Source: Owenia fusiformis (Eukaryota). From it: DNA of 64,000 nt. Position 1 is the stretch's first letter; every line of letters begins with the position of its first letter. The notes beneath the pieces were generated by a model. That model saw only the letters and a program-made list of their open reading frames with translations. It searched no databases and was not told the origin of the DNA. Made by a program: the position numbers and the translations under genes. The stretch is from assembly GCA_903813345.2 (NCBI GenBank), contig CAIIXF020000001.1, positions 35,526,001-35,590,000 on the forward strand, written 5' to 3'. This document shows positions 49,310 to 61,647 of the stretch, piece by piece.

Positions 49310-51749
49310 AAATATGAAAAAAAACTTAGGCCTACATCACACAAAGCTTTAATGTTTGTAAGACATTTCTAGGAAAAGTTTTGGAAATTTTCCTATTAGG
49401 TCAGACTGCAATTTCTACCATTTTGATGACAATGTGCTTTTTTCAGATGAACGTAACACAATCCAAATACGTTCTGCCTTAATAGAAAATGGTACGTTAT
49501 CAAAAGTGTGAATGACTTTTTGGACCACCCTGTATATATCAAATATGTTCAAGTTGATTCTGGTTCTCTGGACTACTCTGGTAAAACACATTTAAAAAGT
49601 CAAAGATACACAGTTGATATTATTCACACAGTAAGTTGTCAAGTAGTACACGCTATATTCTTTTAAATGGAGGCCATTTAAAACTAATTATCACTGCTTA
49701 AATTTGTCCCGTGTGGGACATGGCAACCTGTACATTCACGTAGATGTAGTAAAAGACAGGTTTTTAGAAAACGTGTATCTAACCTCCCTATTGGAATGAC
49801 CTTCTCGATTCACGTCGGACCAAATAGAGACAGAGGCCAAAAATAAGTTAACGAATGCGATTGTCTAAATGCATGAATTACAGCTTCATTTAAAAATCAA
49901 ATTCCAAATCGAGAGCATTTCTAAAAGCTAGACTATATTGTCTAAATTTGTGCCTAATGATAATCCGCAACATGACTTATACGTTAGTTTAAATCAATAA
50001 AACAAAAAACTCGTATCCATTTTGTTACATTGACGTTACTATGTAAGTGTCCCATCCTTAATTGCCCACCCTGTACTCAAATGATCCGTCCTTTTGTCTG
50101 ATTACAAATAAATCACGTTGCTGCATATACACACAGTGTATACAAGGTATGAATGCAGCTTACTATATACATGATATATAACGAATGCACAAGGTATGTT
50201 TTATTGTGGGCCGAGACCATGAAGAGAACTAAATCGATAAAGTACTGGTCAGTATTCGATAAATTAAATCCTATTCAAACAATTCATTGATAAAGTACTT
50301 AGTGTGAACGTACATAGCTATGTAAAGTAAGTGAAGTATTCAAAGCACACAACACAGGACGTTGATTTGCTCACTACGAGAGAGCTGTTCCAATATCACT
50401 GATTAGTTGATGCATATGGATATTACATTATTCCGTGCCATTAATGCCTTTGTATGTTGTATGGGATCTTCACAGGTAACCCAGCCAGGTGTAACTCCAG
50501 GACTATTCCGAGCAAATGGTGTATTTTCAGGTACGAAGTCAGGTTAGTAACGAACTCCATCACATTATTTACATAGTAAATTGTTTACACCCATACCTTC
50601 GCATTTTGAAATTATTTTCGATCAACAGAAGATGAATAACTTATGCCTTTTGCATTTTTAGACTTGTAAAGCAATACTAGTATTCATTCAAACATTTCTT
50701 CTTGATCCCTTTTAGGTCAGTCTGTACAGTACTTTGATGAAATTCCATGACCATGTGCCTTTTCAGATAACCATATCTCATTCCATACATGGTCTACATA
50801 TTTCATTTTTGCACAATAGGTACATTAGTGTACCTACATTATTAATTGAGGGTTGATAATTCTTTAGAATGCATGAATAACTAGAATATTCAGTGGTCTA
50901 CTTTTCAAAATTGCAAAAAGTCCAGTTGACATTATTGGCACAAAATACATCGTCGGCCACATGCTCAATCACGTCGTTCTGAATACAGGTACGAAGCTTG
51001 ATGAAGCAAGATGGCAAAAAGACGATCGTAACAGTTGAAGTTGATAAAATAAGGTAAAAATGTGACAGCTTATTTTCAAAGATGCGATAACCCATCAATC
51101 CATCTTGACAAGTCAAAATTGCCATGCAATAAAAAATATAATTTGAAATCCAAACTTACATTTTTTGTTACACATTTTCAAGTTTTATTTCGCTTCTTTG
51201 AAAGAGCTTTCTTTGTGGTTTGTATTTGGCTCTCTGGCCCGGTTGTCTGAAAGTCCATAATTTCCAATATTGTCTAGATACATATCCCTTAAAATTTGTA
51301 TATTTCACATTTTGTATAATCTCATCCACTGATGTATGGCCTCTTGAAAATTCTCTTATTTTTAACATGGGAAATTCTCACTTCAGCAAATCCACCTGTC
51401 ATTTATTTATGTCCCGAACTGTAAACAATATGCTGTGTTACTTTTTATTGCATTTAATTGTACCTTACTATTTAATTGAAATTTTGTAATGTTTATTTTA
51501 TTGAAGAAATGGTTCCTCCAATTGATAATTTTGTGCAAAAAATTTCACTGCAATTTCCACAGGAAAGTAGTACATCATAACAGACTGACGTCTAGTCAGT
51601 CTGTTGGATACATACTAGCCTCAGGGTGATCAATGGCCCAATATGTATGGTGTAGGCCAAAATCTAGGATGAAGAAGATAGCTTTCTCATCCAAGGCCAA
51701 CATACATCATTGCCAAAATTTACAATTTAATTTTCAAGATCTACCTTAA

Positions 51750-52752
51750 GGTAACGCTAAAGTTAATCAAAAGTACAAAAACATGGCAGTCATATTTTTG
51801 ATAAAGTCACAAGATTTTGTGTATCCGTTTTCCTTATATGTAAATGCACTGACTGACCAAAGAGACACGTCAATGAAAACTTCACATTTAAACGCAATTT
51901 TTATAACTATGAATTGGATGTGCATGGGTCCTTAAAGTTAGCATGGAGACAGTGAAGTGATGATAACTTTTCAAAGAGAAAATTTCAAGGAGTAGGATTG
52001 CAATGGAGACACATTTGTAGTTTTTCCACAAATCATCTTACCTTACCAAGGAACATCGAAGGAGCATGAAAATGTGTGCTTCTTGCATTGTTAGAGTATA
52101 ATAAAGCTTAGCTCAAACCATTGTGAATTCTAAATATTTCATGTCCACCATTTTGTTTGCTGGGACTATTTTCTAGTCCAAAGTAATCCTAACTCATGTA
52201 TCCATTGTTTATCATTTATAAAGCCTTAATCATGTATCTATCATGATAATTATACTGTTATAGATAAAACATACTTGTGATAATCCATGCCACTTGGTGA
52301 AGTCACAAAACTTGTTTGAGGATTAATCAGGAAGTCTAGAAGTAGTTCCTGCAAGCAAAATGGTGGACATGAAATATTTATAAGAAACTATGGTTTGAGC
52401 TTTATCATACTCTAACAAAGCAAGAAGTGCACATTTCATGCTCCTTCGATGTTCCTTAATAAGGTAAGATGATTTGTGAAATTTTGGAGTCTTGCAAATG
52501 TGTGACTGTTGCAAGGCTACTCCTTGAAACTTTCAAAAATTAGCCTCACTTCACCTCCTCATGCTAGGTTTGGGGATCCATGCACCTCAAATTCATAGTT
52601 TTGAAAAATGCGTTTAAATGTGATGTTTTCTTTGACGTGTCTGTTTAGTCAGGAAATGTATGCACGAGGAAAACATTATACAAAATCTTCTGACTTTATC
52701 AAAAAAATATGGCTGCCATCTTTTTGTACTTTTGATTAACTTTAATGTCACC
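51750..52752. mobile_element. Kolobok-like foldback element (TTAA TSD, GG...CC termini)
   Basis: TTAA|GGTAACGCTAAAGTTAATCAAAAGTACAAAAA...TTTTTGTACTTTTGATTAACTTTAATGTCACC|TTAA. The arms are inverted over ~400 bp. Confidence 0.75.
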
Positions 52753-53566
52753 TTAATAAACTAACGCTTTTCTTCATCCTAATATGTATCATCATGTATC
52801 ATCAAATTGGAATGTTTACACGTAATCTGTACGATCAATATGATCGATGTGTTTAATGTCTATACCATACCATCTGCTAGTACGTACAATCAATTTTGAT
52901 AAAAGCATCCCTGCCTCTCGATATACTTTAACTGCTTGACCATTAACATTAACACTGGTCTCTGCTGAATGATATTACACGTCAATGGGCATGATAGTCC
53001 GGATAATAGTATATCAAAACTCCTTTGTCTTTAGACATACTCAAGATGGTCTTTATAACTCTGATTCAAAAGAAGCCGCCCTCTTTTTAAGTGCGAAGTC
53101 AAAATTAAAAGTCAATGTTGGGAGTCTATGGTTCCCCCATTCAGATACTCATCACATCTTCTGCCTTCAACTTGAAAGAAGCTAATAGAAGGCCATGACT
53201 TTTCATAATGATGGTCTCCTATAATATTAGTATTTAGTCTTGGAGAGTGGGGAGTGAGGGTTTGATTAAAAAGAAAAATGCCAAATATACTTTCAAGGTA
53301 GAATGTACACTGTGACTGTAACACTATTGTATTCAATAAAGACCTTATAAAAAGGTAGATTTATTTATCAATTTTCAGTTTACAGGCAACTGACACCCAC
53401 GATACGGGTTTGACAAGATATAAAACTGTTTTTTAATTAAATTTGAATATTCATATAACCCAGGTTACTTATATTCTTTACCCCCTCTAACAAATTTTAC
53501 ATCGAGATATCAGCGCTCCTTGTCTGTAGACACCGGTTATTTTGAATTTGAATTCGTTATTATATA

Positions 53567-54544
53567 CAGGGTGGTCAAAAAACGGCAACCCTAGTTTTTC
53601 CTAATATCTTTGTCATTCAAGAAATAACTCCCTGATATTTTACACATTTGTACATCATTCAATTTCCTACCAACCTACCATATTTCATGACCATCGGACT
53701 GATAGTCACAATATTACTGCATTTTAAGCAACATGCCCCAGATTGCCACTTTCAGGCTGTTTGAGCTGGTTTGTTATTCAAATGAACTCCATTTCCAGCT
53801 TGATGCACTGGTAAACTCTAACAATTATGTATTCTTGGGGAACCAAGCACTTGATGAAGTAGTGGAGAGGCACCTTCACACAGACAGATGCACAGTTTAG
53901 TGTGTTTTCAGAAGATAGGGTCCTTTACCTTTGATGATACCAACGGATATGCAATAACTGTCAACATCAAACTCTATTTTGTGATTCCCATGGAGTTCTT
54001 TGGGACTTTAGGTGAACCCAGGGGGGTTGATAGGCAGCAACAGTGGTTCCAACAAGACAGAACCATACCCCATACACCCAATGATGCACAATAATGCCTT
54101 TTGGGACCACTTCAATGACCACATTATCAGCAGTACAACAGACAACAATGAATTGGCACCCCATAGCCCAGATATGGCCCCATTTAATATTTACCAGTGG
54201 GGATACCCCAGAGATAGAGTGTAGGTTAATAACACCAGAAAGACATTTGACCTCAAAGTAAATATAATAATGTGTCGTTCAGGCCATAATTGCTGAGGAA
54301 TACAGTTATGTCATTGACAGGTTTGGAAAATGTGTGCAGGTTTGCCTACAGCACGATATTGGAAAATTGGGGCACCTTGTTTAAAGTGCTGTAACATTGC
54401 GACTATCAGTCCAATGTTCATGAAATAAAACAGTCTAGTATGAAATTGAATGATGTACATGTGTGTCAAATATCAGGGCAAAATTTCTAAAAATAACAAA
54501 GATATGAGGAAAAATTAGGGTTGTCGTTTTTTAACCACCAGGTG
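53567..54544 (+). mobile_element. Decayed Tc1/mariner-superfamily element with DDx catalytic-domain remnants
   Basis: TA|CAGGGTGG left TIR with a degenerate inverse at ~54380-54544. Frameshifted motifs WFQQDRTIPHT and APHSPDMAPFNIYQWGYPRDRV (cf. WFQQDGAxPH, PPxSPDLxPxDFxLWGYLKDRV). Confidence 0.8.
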
Positions 54545-55127
54545 TATTTTATAAAATGAGCCGTGTTGGGTATTCAATTGTAATTTATAAATATGTACCC
54601 GAATAAATGTGCAAAGATGATACCCAATAAAAATGAAATAACGGAACATAAGAGAGCAATAGGCTAGAGGTAATAATTCAGCTTGGTAAACTCGGAGTTA
54701 TAAAATCATGCAATTATAGGTTTGGTAAAAACATTCGACCACCACTAATAGGCCTGTTCTGAACATACTTAAAGTTTAACACTAAATTAGCACCAAATTA
54801 GCGCCATAATAGTACTAGATTAGCACACACGGGTTCTCTATTGTCAATCATATGTATAAAAACAGTATTCCAGAACCCAAAAAATCGAGCCTTTTTATTA
54901 TCAATACCTCTTAATTAATATTTGCTCGACTGAAAAATTTTCATTATCAATATCTCTCAAGTATTATATTTACTGAACTGAAAACACTTTTTTCTCAATG
55001 CATAGGATTAAAGATTTTGAATAGAACGTAGTTCACGTCGATCGATATTTTGTTTTTTCAAGAACTATAAGCACATGCCACTACGGCATGCTGAATTTCT
55101 TGTCAACTGCATTTTGTTCGTGTTATG

Positions 55128-55257
55128 GGCCATATGCTCCGATCCATCGGCCGGCGCCCGGCCGATTGAGTGTGTTGTTCAAAATTGTATTATTCAATTT
55201 TGAACATAATACTCAATCGGCCGGGCGCCATCGTGAAAATCGGAGCAAATGTGACCA
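55128..55257. mobile_element. Short palindromic MITE-like hairpin
   Basis: TGCTCCGAT...GGCGCCCGGCCGATTGAGT...TGTTCAAAATTG is mirrored by CAATTTTGAACA...ACTCAATCGGCCGGGCGCC...ATCGGAGCA. Confidence 0.65.
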
Positions 55258-55921
55258 AGGCATAAGGTGGTCCGTGTCAAGTGATCTTTTGGCGTAATAC
55301 TGCCATCTTAATTTAAGCCATTATAATACTTAATATTAACCAAAACATTCATTTTTATTACACATTTCTATGTGTAGGATGCGCATAGGGCGAACAAATG
55401 TTCTCGTCATATAATTGTAGGTATTGGACGAGGCATACTTTGAAGGGTAACATATGTACCAGTTAATGTACAAGTTAATGTACAAGTTAATGTACAAGTA
55501 TTCCAGTGTCACGCGTTGGTCTATCATGTCTATAGGTCAAGTGGTCGTCACTATCGGCAGACCAGTGCTATCACCATTCTGATTTACCACGAGTCTCTCT
55601 TTATCAAGGACTTGTCTCTCTATTCCAAGCTCGGATAGTAGAGACTGGATGATCCAACAATATGTACTCCTTAATAAAAGAGAAATGTTGCGATTAGTGC
55701 ACGTTATGAAGTTCCCTGCAATATCAGTGTGCAAAGATTTCGTGTACAAAATGTAATTTTACGAATAACAATATGGTAGTTAATTTCACGCATTGTCATG
55801 AACATTTTTGAATGCTTAATAAATATATTCCCAGTGCGTTACTCTTTTCAACCTAGATGAGAGCTTTATTTTACACAGCCTTCTTGGCTCCAGAATTCAT
55901 TTCCACGTTTCCATTCATATA

Positions 55922-57059
55922 CAAGGGGCGATCCATATATTGTGATAAAAATGCTCTAATTTTGTGATTTTTTTCACATATCCCTTTTATTTTTTTCATA
56001 ACATGTAGATTATGTAATTACACATGCAATGCTAAATTATTATAGCTATATCTTACATTAATTTTGAAATAAGGTTGCTATGGTAACCTGTATTTAGGGT
56101 AGGCAGGTCAGTTAAATCATAACGTATAAAATAGATAAAATTGTTAGTCTAATCATTTCTCGATACCTATTTTAAGCAGATCAAACGCATCTTCCGGTCA
56201 TTGCCAACTATTCGTTGAACCGTTCCATACCCCTGTTGCCCTTGTTTGATTACCTTGTTTGATTGCGTGGAGAGTCTAGTTAAACTCTCTTTTAAGAAGT
56301 GAAGTCAAACGAATGCAAAGGGTATTGTTTGATAATTTGCACAGTGTGATAGCTATCTTTTTATAAGTAACATCTCAATTTATCGTAGTGTTATTCTCTG
56401 TCCACAAGTTCTTCTTGCAATCAGATTGTGGATGATCTTCAATAGTGGCCATGCCTTCCTCTTTACAATACTACCTATGGATTCTTTAAGCAGATATAAC
56501 ACCTTGCCCATACACTTAACGAGTCCATGTATGTCTCTGACGGTATCCTCTTACTTATTCTTGATAGTACATAAAATCTATGGTATTCCCTAAAGTGTCT
56601 GTTAATGTCACACTCTGCATCAGCCACATTAATCTCATCTGACATTTTGATTTTTGGTGTGTCTCATGCCATGTTATGTCAATTGGCCCATTCTGTCATA
56701 CATTGCTATTATGAGCTGTTATGATGTTGTAGTGATGTGAGTGAGCACAAATAAACAATTGTTTAGCAACAAACAACGAGTCACAATACCAAACCTTTTT
56801 AGAAAAAACTGATGATTTCCGCATGCTTTAAAATAATTAAAATAACATATTATTGTGATATTTTATATGTTATAATTTAATTGACCTGCCTACCCTTAAT
56901 ACAGGTTACTTTGGGAACCTTATCTCATGAATAATTTAAGATATAGCTATGATATTTCAGCATTGTTTGTGAAATTACGTAATCTACAATTTTTGAAAAA
57001 ATCAGAGGGATATGTGAAAAAATCACAAAATTAGCATTTTCAGAATGGATCGCCCCTTG
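55922..57059. mobile_element. Non-autonomous mariner-like element
   Basis: TA|CAAGGGGCGATCCAT...ATGGATCGCCCCTTG|TA with ~200-bp imperfect TIRs. Confidence 0.8.
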
Positions 57060-57972
57060 TATTAGGTTTAAAATCAAAGAATGGGTATCGATATGGTGAA
57101 CTTTTTGAACACACGTTTCTCTTAAAGCAGTCATCAAAAAAGTCTGTAAATTTTACACATCGTCAATTTAATGGTCATCTTTTGAATAGTGACAATATAA
57201 TTTGAAATAAATATATATATACTTTTCTCTATATTGTTTTAGAAAACACACCAGACACTTGTTTTGTTCTTGATATCATATGTTCGGAATGAAATGAAAC
57301 ATCTATCTGAACCTCATTGGAACAAAACTGAACATAAACAGAACGTGTTTAGGTCTCTCAATATTGTAATTGTATGTATGAAGGTTTGGTTGATTTTAAA
57401 AAAGTATCTTGTTAATGAAATAAAAGGTTTATCTTAATTTTAATCTATTTTGGGGTTTTTTGTTTTAATATTTTGAATACTTTTTGTAAAACCAACCAAA
57501 ATTTCCTTTGTATAACTTCAATTGAGAGGTCTAAGAAAATGTTGTATATGCTATTTTGTTCCAACAACCTTCGGAAAGATATTTTATTTCATTCGCAAGA
57601 ATTGGTAATAAGGAACAAAAAACAATTGTACTAAAAAACAAAAAATGTTAATAACTGTTTAATGTAAAATATATATAAATAATTTTCGCATTAAATTAAA
57701 TGTATATGTTTACCTATCTGACAATGTACAAGTAAATTGCCTGATTCCTTAAAATGTAAATGTCAGCCAAACTTACATCTATCTGTAATTGCGATCTGAA
57801 CTGAACTTGAATCTTTATGCTCTCCAAAAAACGGAAGGATTAAGATACATATATCATTATAATATAAGGTTAAAATTGCATCAGTTTGTAATATGTGTAT
57901 TGTGACCTATTTCAGAAACGTTAGTCCTGTCCTGACCTGCTAGCTTCGATGAAATCGGGCGTCGACTAACGG

Positions 57973-59265
57973 ATGATCAAGATGTCACCATGTCCCTCCA
58001 TCAGTCGCAGGCAATTGTTGTTTACTCTCTCTGCCTGCTCCATATTGGTAATTACTCTTCAATTGATATCAACTAAAACTATGATCTTCCAACCCAAAGT
58101 TACCGTCCAGTTATCGTCCACCACAGATGCATGCGCGACGTGTATAACTTCATACAACCGACCTGAAACATGTGATAATTGTTTCGCCCACAACTTTAAC
58201 TACACGATTAATAACAGAAATCTATGCAAAAGTATACCTGGCTCGCCTAGGGTAGAAATACTTGTCTTGGTCACATCATCGGCTCATGAAAAAGACAGGA
58301 GAGATGCAATACGAAATACATGGGGTGTAGTTGCATCACCTTCAAGTAGTTTACGACTAGCTTTTTTACTAGGAAAACATTCCAACGATACTGTCAATGC
58401 TTTACTTAGAGAAGAGAATAAACTCCACTATGATCTCATACAAGAGGATTTTGAAGATAGCTACATGAACTTAACTCTGAAATCCGTCATGGCCCTTAAA
58501 TGGGCTGTGAACTTTTGCAAAAATACCGATTACATTATGAAAACCGACAGTGATATGTTTATCAACCTTGACAATCTGAAGGACATCTTGAAAGAAAATC
58601 CTCTAGGGAATGAAATTGGTGGCTTTGCAAAGCCACCCGAAAGTCCCATAAGAGACCCACATTCAAAATGGTATACACCAGAATCCTTTTATCCTAACTC
58701 AACATTCCCATGGACATTTTCAGGAACAGGATATGTCATGAAATATGAAGTAGCAAAAGATGTACTCGCCATGAGTAAAAACACTCCATTTTTTCATCTT
58801 GAGGATATCTACATAGCATTTAACATACACAAACTTGGTTATGGAGTTAAATTTCTAGATGGGTTTAGCACTGATAGGACTTTCCTAGACCCAACATACT
58901 ACTGTGCCTGCGTTACCTCAAGCCACCAACTGCTGCCTAGAGACCTATATCAAATCTGGAAAGAAATGGATGATATGAAATGCTCCGTCGTTCGCAAAAG
59001 TTTGAGATTTGGCAATCAATGTCGCAATCTTCACATTAAGCATACAATGTGGGTCATTCTAAAGTATGGACTCATAGGAATTTTAGTAATTAATATACCT
59101 TTATATGTCTTATTGACATATCTAGGGAGACAAGGAAAATTTATTAATTCTTATCATAAGACATTGTACTCTTTGAGTCAATTTCGAGATACAAGTAGTC
59201 CACCGAAAGATTTCAATGAATTTATGGAAAAGATGAGTGGAAGTACACATCTCAATCAAAAATGA
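57973..59265 (+). CDS. GT31-family beta-1,3-glycosyltransferase (B3GALT-like), paralog 2; uninterrupted ORF
   Basis: 430-aa ORF with N-terminal TM and motifs RRDAIRNTWG, DLIQEDFEDSYMNLTLKS, MKTDSDMFIN, SGTGYV, FHLEDIY and TSSH. Splice acceptor TTTCAG at ~57915 implies upstream non-coding exon(s). Confidence 0.92.
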   Translation: MIKMSPCPSISRRQLLFTLSACSILVITLQLISTKTMIFQPKVTVQLSSTTDACATCITSYNRPETCDNCFAHNFNYTINNRNLCKSIPGSPRVEILVLVTSSAHEKDRRDAIRNTWGVVASPSSSLRLAFLLGKHSNDTVNALLREENKLHYDLIQEDFEDSYMNLTLKSVMALKWAVNFCKNTDYIMKTDSDMFINLDNLKDILKENPLGNEIGGFAKPPESPIRDPHSKWYTPESFYPNSTFPWTFSGTGYVMKYEVAKDVLAMSKNTPFFHLEDIYIAFNIHKLGYGVKFLDGFSTDRTFLDPTYYCACVTSSHQLLPRDLYQIWKEMDDMKCSVVRKSLRFGNQCRNLHIKHTMWVILKYGLIGILVINIPLYVLLTYLGRQGKFINSYHKTLYSLSQFRDTSSPPKDFNEFMEKMSGSTHLNQK

Positions 59266-59535
59266 ATTGTGGTTTTTAGCTGTGATATGGATTAGGTGAA
59301 TAAATTTATTGAAAAATTAGTGGAAGTACACATCTCAATCAAGAATGAGTTGTGATTTTAAGCTGTGATATGGATTAGATGAAATTAATTTATGGAAAAA
59401 ATTAGTAAATGTACACTTTTCAATCATTAATGAATTGTGATTTTTAGCTGTGATAAGGATTAGATGAACAATTTATGGAAAAATTAGCGGAAGTACACAT
59501 GTCAATCAAAAATGAAATTTAGTGATTTTTAGTTT
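59216..59535. repeat. ~83-bp tandem repeat x4, beginning within the end of the GT31 paralog 2 CDS
   Basis: GTACAC anchors at 59243, 59326, 59411 and 59493. Confidence 0.85.
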
Positions 59536-61647
59536 AGGTGCAATAGGTGAATGTTCCTTCAAATCAGTAAATGAAATGAAGTTGCAACGCCAGATGCAAG
59601 GAAGATTGACTGAGTCATGACGGGATTACAAAAATTCAAAATCAAACAGTCGCCATTTTTCATCACTTCAGGATTTGAATCACGAGTTTTGGTCTTTCCA
59701 AACAAATAATTCAAAAAAACACAAGAAATGATCAAGATAGTTCCTTTTGGATCGCTGATCATGAATTTATAGTCAGTTATAAAGTCAGAAGACTATCGTC
59801 GAGGAATATAATCAAGGACGCTATATCTTGAGATCGTTATTAAATGGAATAAGGTATGAACGAGAAAACGTCCTATACATTCTAAGAAACAATTTTTCTA
59901 CTAGTGTTCATTACAGGTATACTAGAAGTAGTATAAGTGTATAGATTTGTACTTTACTTCGAAGAGATACTGTAGAACCAGTGCCCCTTTTATACAGTTC
60001 CGTGTGATACTTTTGTAAATTATTTTTATTTTACAAGTTATCAACACACCAAAAATTATGGGGACTAATGTTAGATAAACGAAGATATATTTTATGCCCA
60101 GGGTGCCATATGTTGCCACATTTATATATTTATAAAATCAATGTTTATATGTTCACTCTACTATACCTTGCATTTAGTGTTCATGAGCAACCCATTTGGC
60201 TTATTAGTAATGATTATGTATTTGTTTTTATTTGTCTGTTCCTTATAAATGGTTTATCGGTTGAAGAATAGATGTTACTAAGGCACTTTCAAAAATATAC
60301 TAAACAATTCAATTGGACAAACAAAGTATCTTATGCATTTCTAGGTGTTAGGTATAGTAGTGTGATGTTCTATGGCTTTGAAGCTGAAATGCTGAGGTGT
60401 CGGCGACACAGCTAAATAAATTATGAAATTATTAAAGAATAAATGATGAAAATACATAAAAACCTATTACTTTTATATCTACATTCTACAACTATCTCAT
60501 CACCATATAATAATGAATGCGATGTGAAATTGATGACATATACAGTGATACCTTTAAATCTTCGTTGACTTCCATTCACTTACAATTTGTTTATAAAACT
60601 TTGAAATATGAACACCTGCTGTTAGGTGTTCGAATTAGACAGGTTGTACTGCAATAAGAGAGAACGCATATTTCAAGAAAACCTGGATATACAATTTTTT
60701 ATGATCAATCAAAAATGCATATTCTTTTCTCAATTACCATTTATATTGAAGGAAATCTGTAAAAATAACCCCAATCCCAAATTACTATAATTTATTCTGT
60801 TGTTTTCCAAAATTTAAAATAAACTCGTTGTGCATTCATCAATTATAAGCGTTGTCATAAATGTCTTTAAGGCTATATCTTATCGGGAAGTGTGTTATAT
60901 TTTTTCTTCGTCAGCTTGCTACTGGATTACTAATGAATTATTTGTACGAGTACGTGGTAGTATATTTAGATAAAAAATGAATTAAAAAGCAACTCCTCAC
61001 TCAGTTGTGTATACATTTAATCGCATATATGCAAAGTAATCTTTAGAAACATTTAAAGCCAAACCTGGCGTACACCTCCTTTGTAATTATGATTAAACTT
61101 TTGGTTGTTTCATTAATCTGTTAATATGAGCTTCCACCAGGATACCATTTAGGAGTATTGTATATTTTGAATTTATGAGCAATTTGTAAATGCAGGAATT
61201 CTGTTATTTATCTCACATTACCAACATACTCAATTAAAATGGCTGAAAAAAAAACAGATATAATTTTTTGCCAATAATTTGTAACAAAATTAACCCACCC
61301 GAGCCCCCTAATTTTCCTCCGAGAGAGACTCTGTGCAAGAAAAGTAAATAATTAAAGTTAACCTAAAAAATTAAATTATTTGTTTTATAACTATTGCTCT
61401 CCGAAGAATACAATTTTTGTATGTTTTTATCTAATATGTTGCTAATTGTGTACCAAAGTGCAACAAAACTACATTAATGATTAAGACACCAATGTATAGA
61501 AATAATTTTTCAAAAGCGTGGTATCACGAAATTTATGTGTCCTCGACCTGTACACTCAAATAATTCACTTTCTATGGAGCCAACTATAACCAATAAACAA
61601 CTCCCCGCAAGCCTTTACGATTAACAAATTTATATATTTTTATATTA

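Noticed and set aside
50140..50545. Possible 5' UTR exons of GT31 paralog 2 (donor-like sites near 50194 and 50543)
   Set aside because: Splice-like motifs only, with no coding or transcript evidence to support them.
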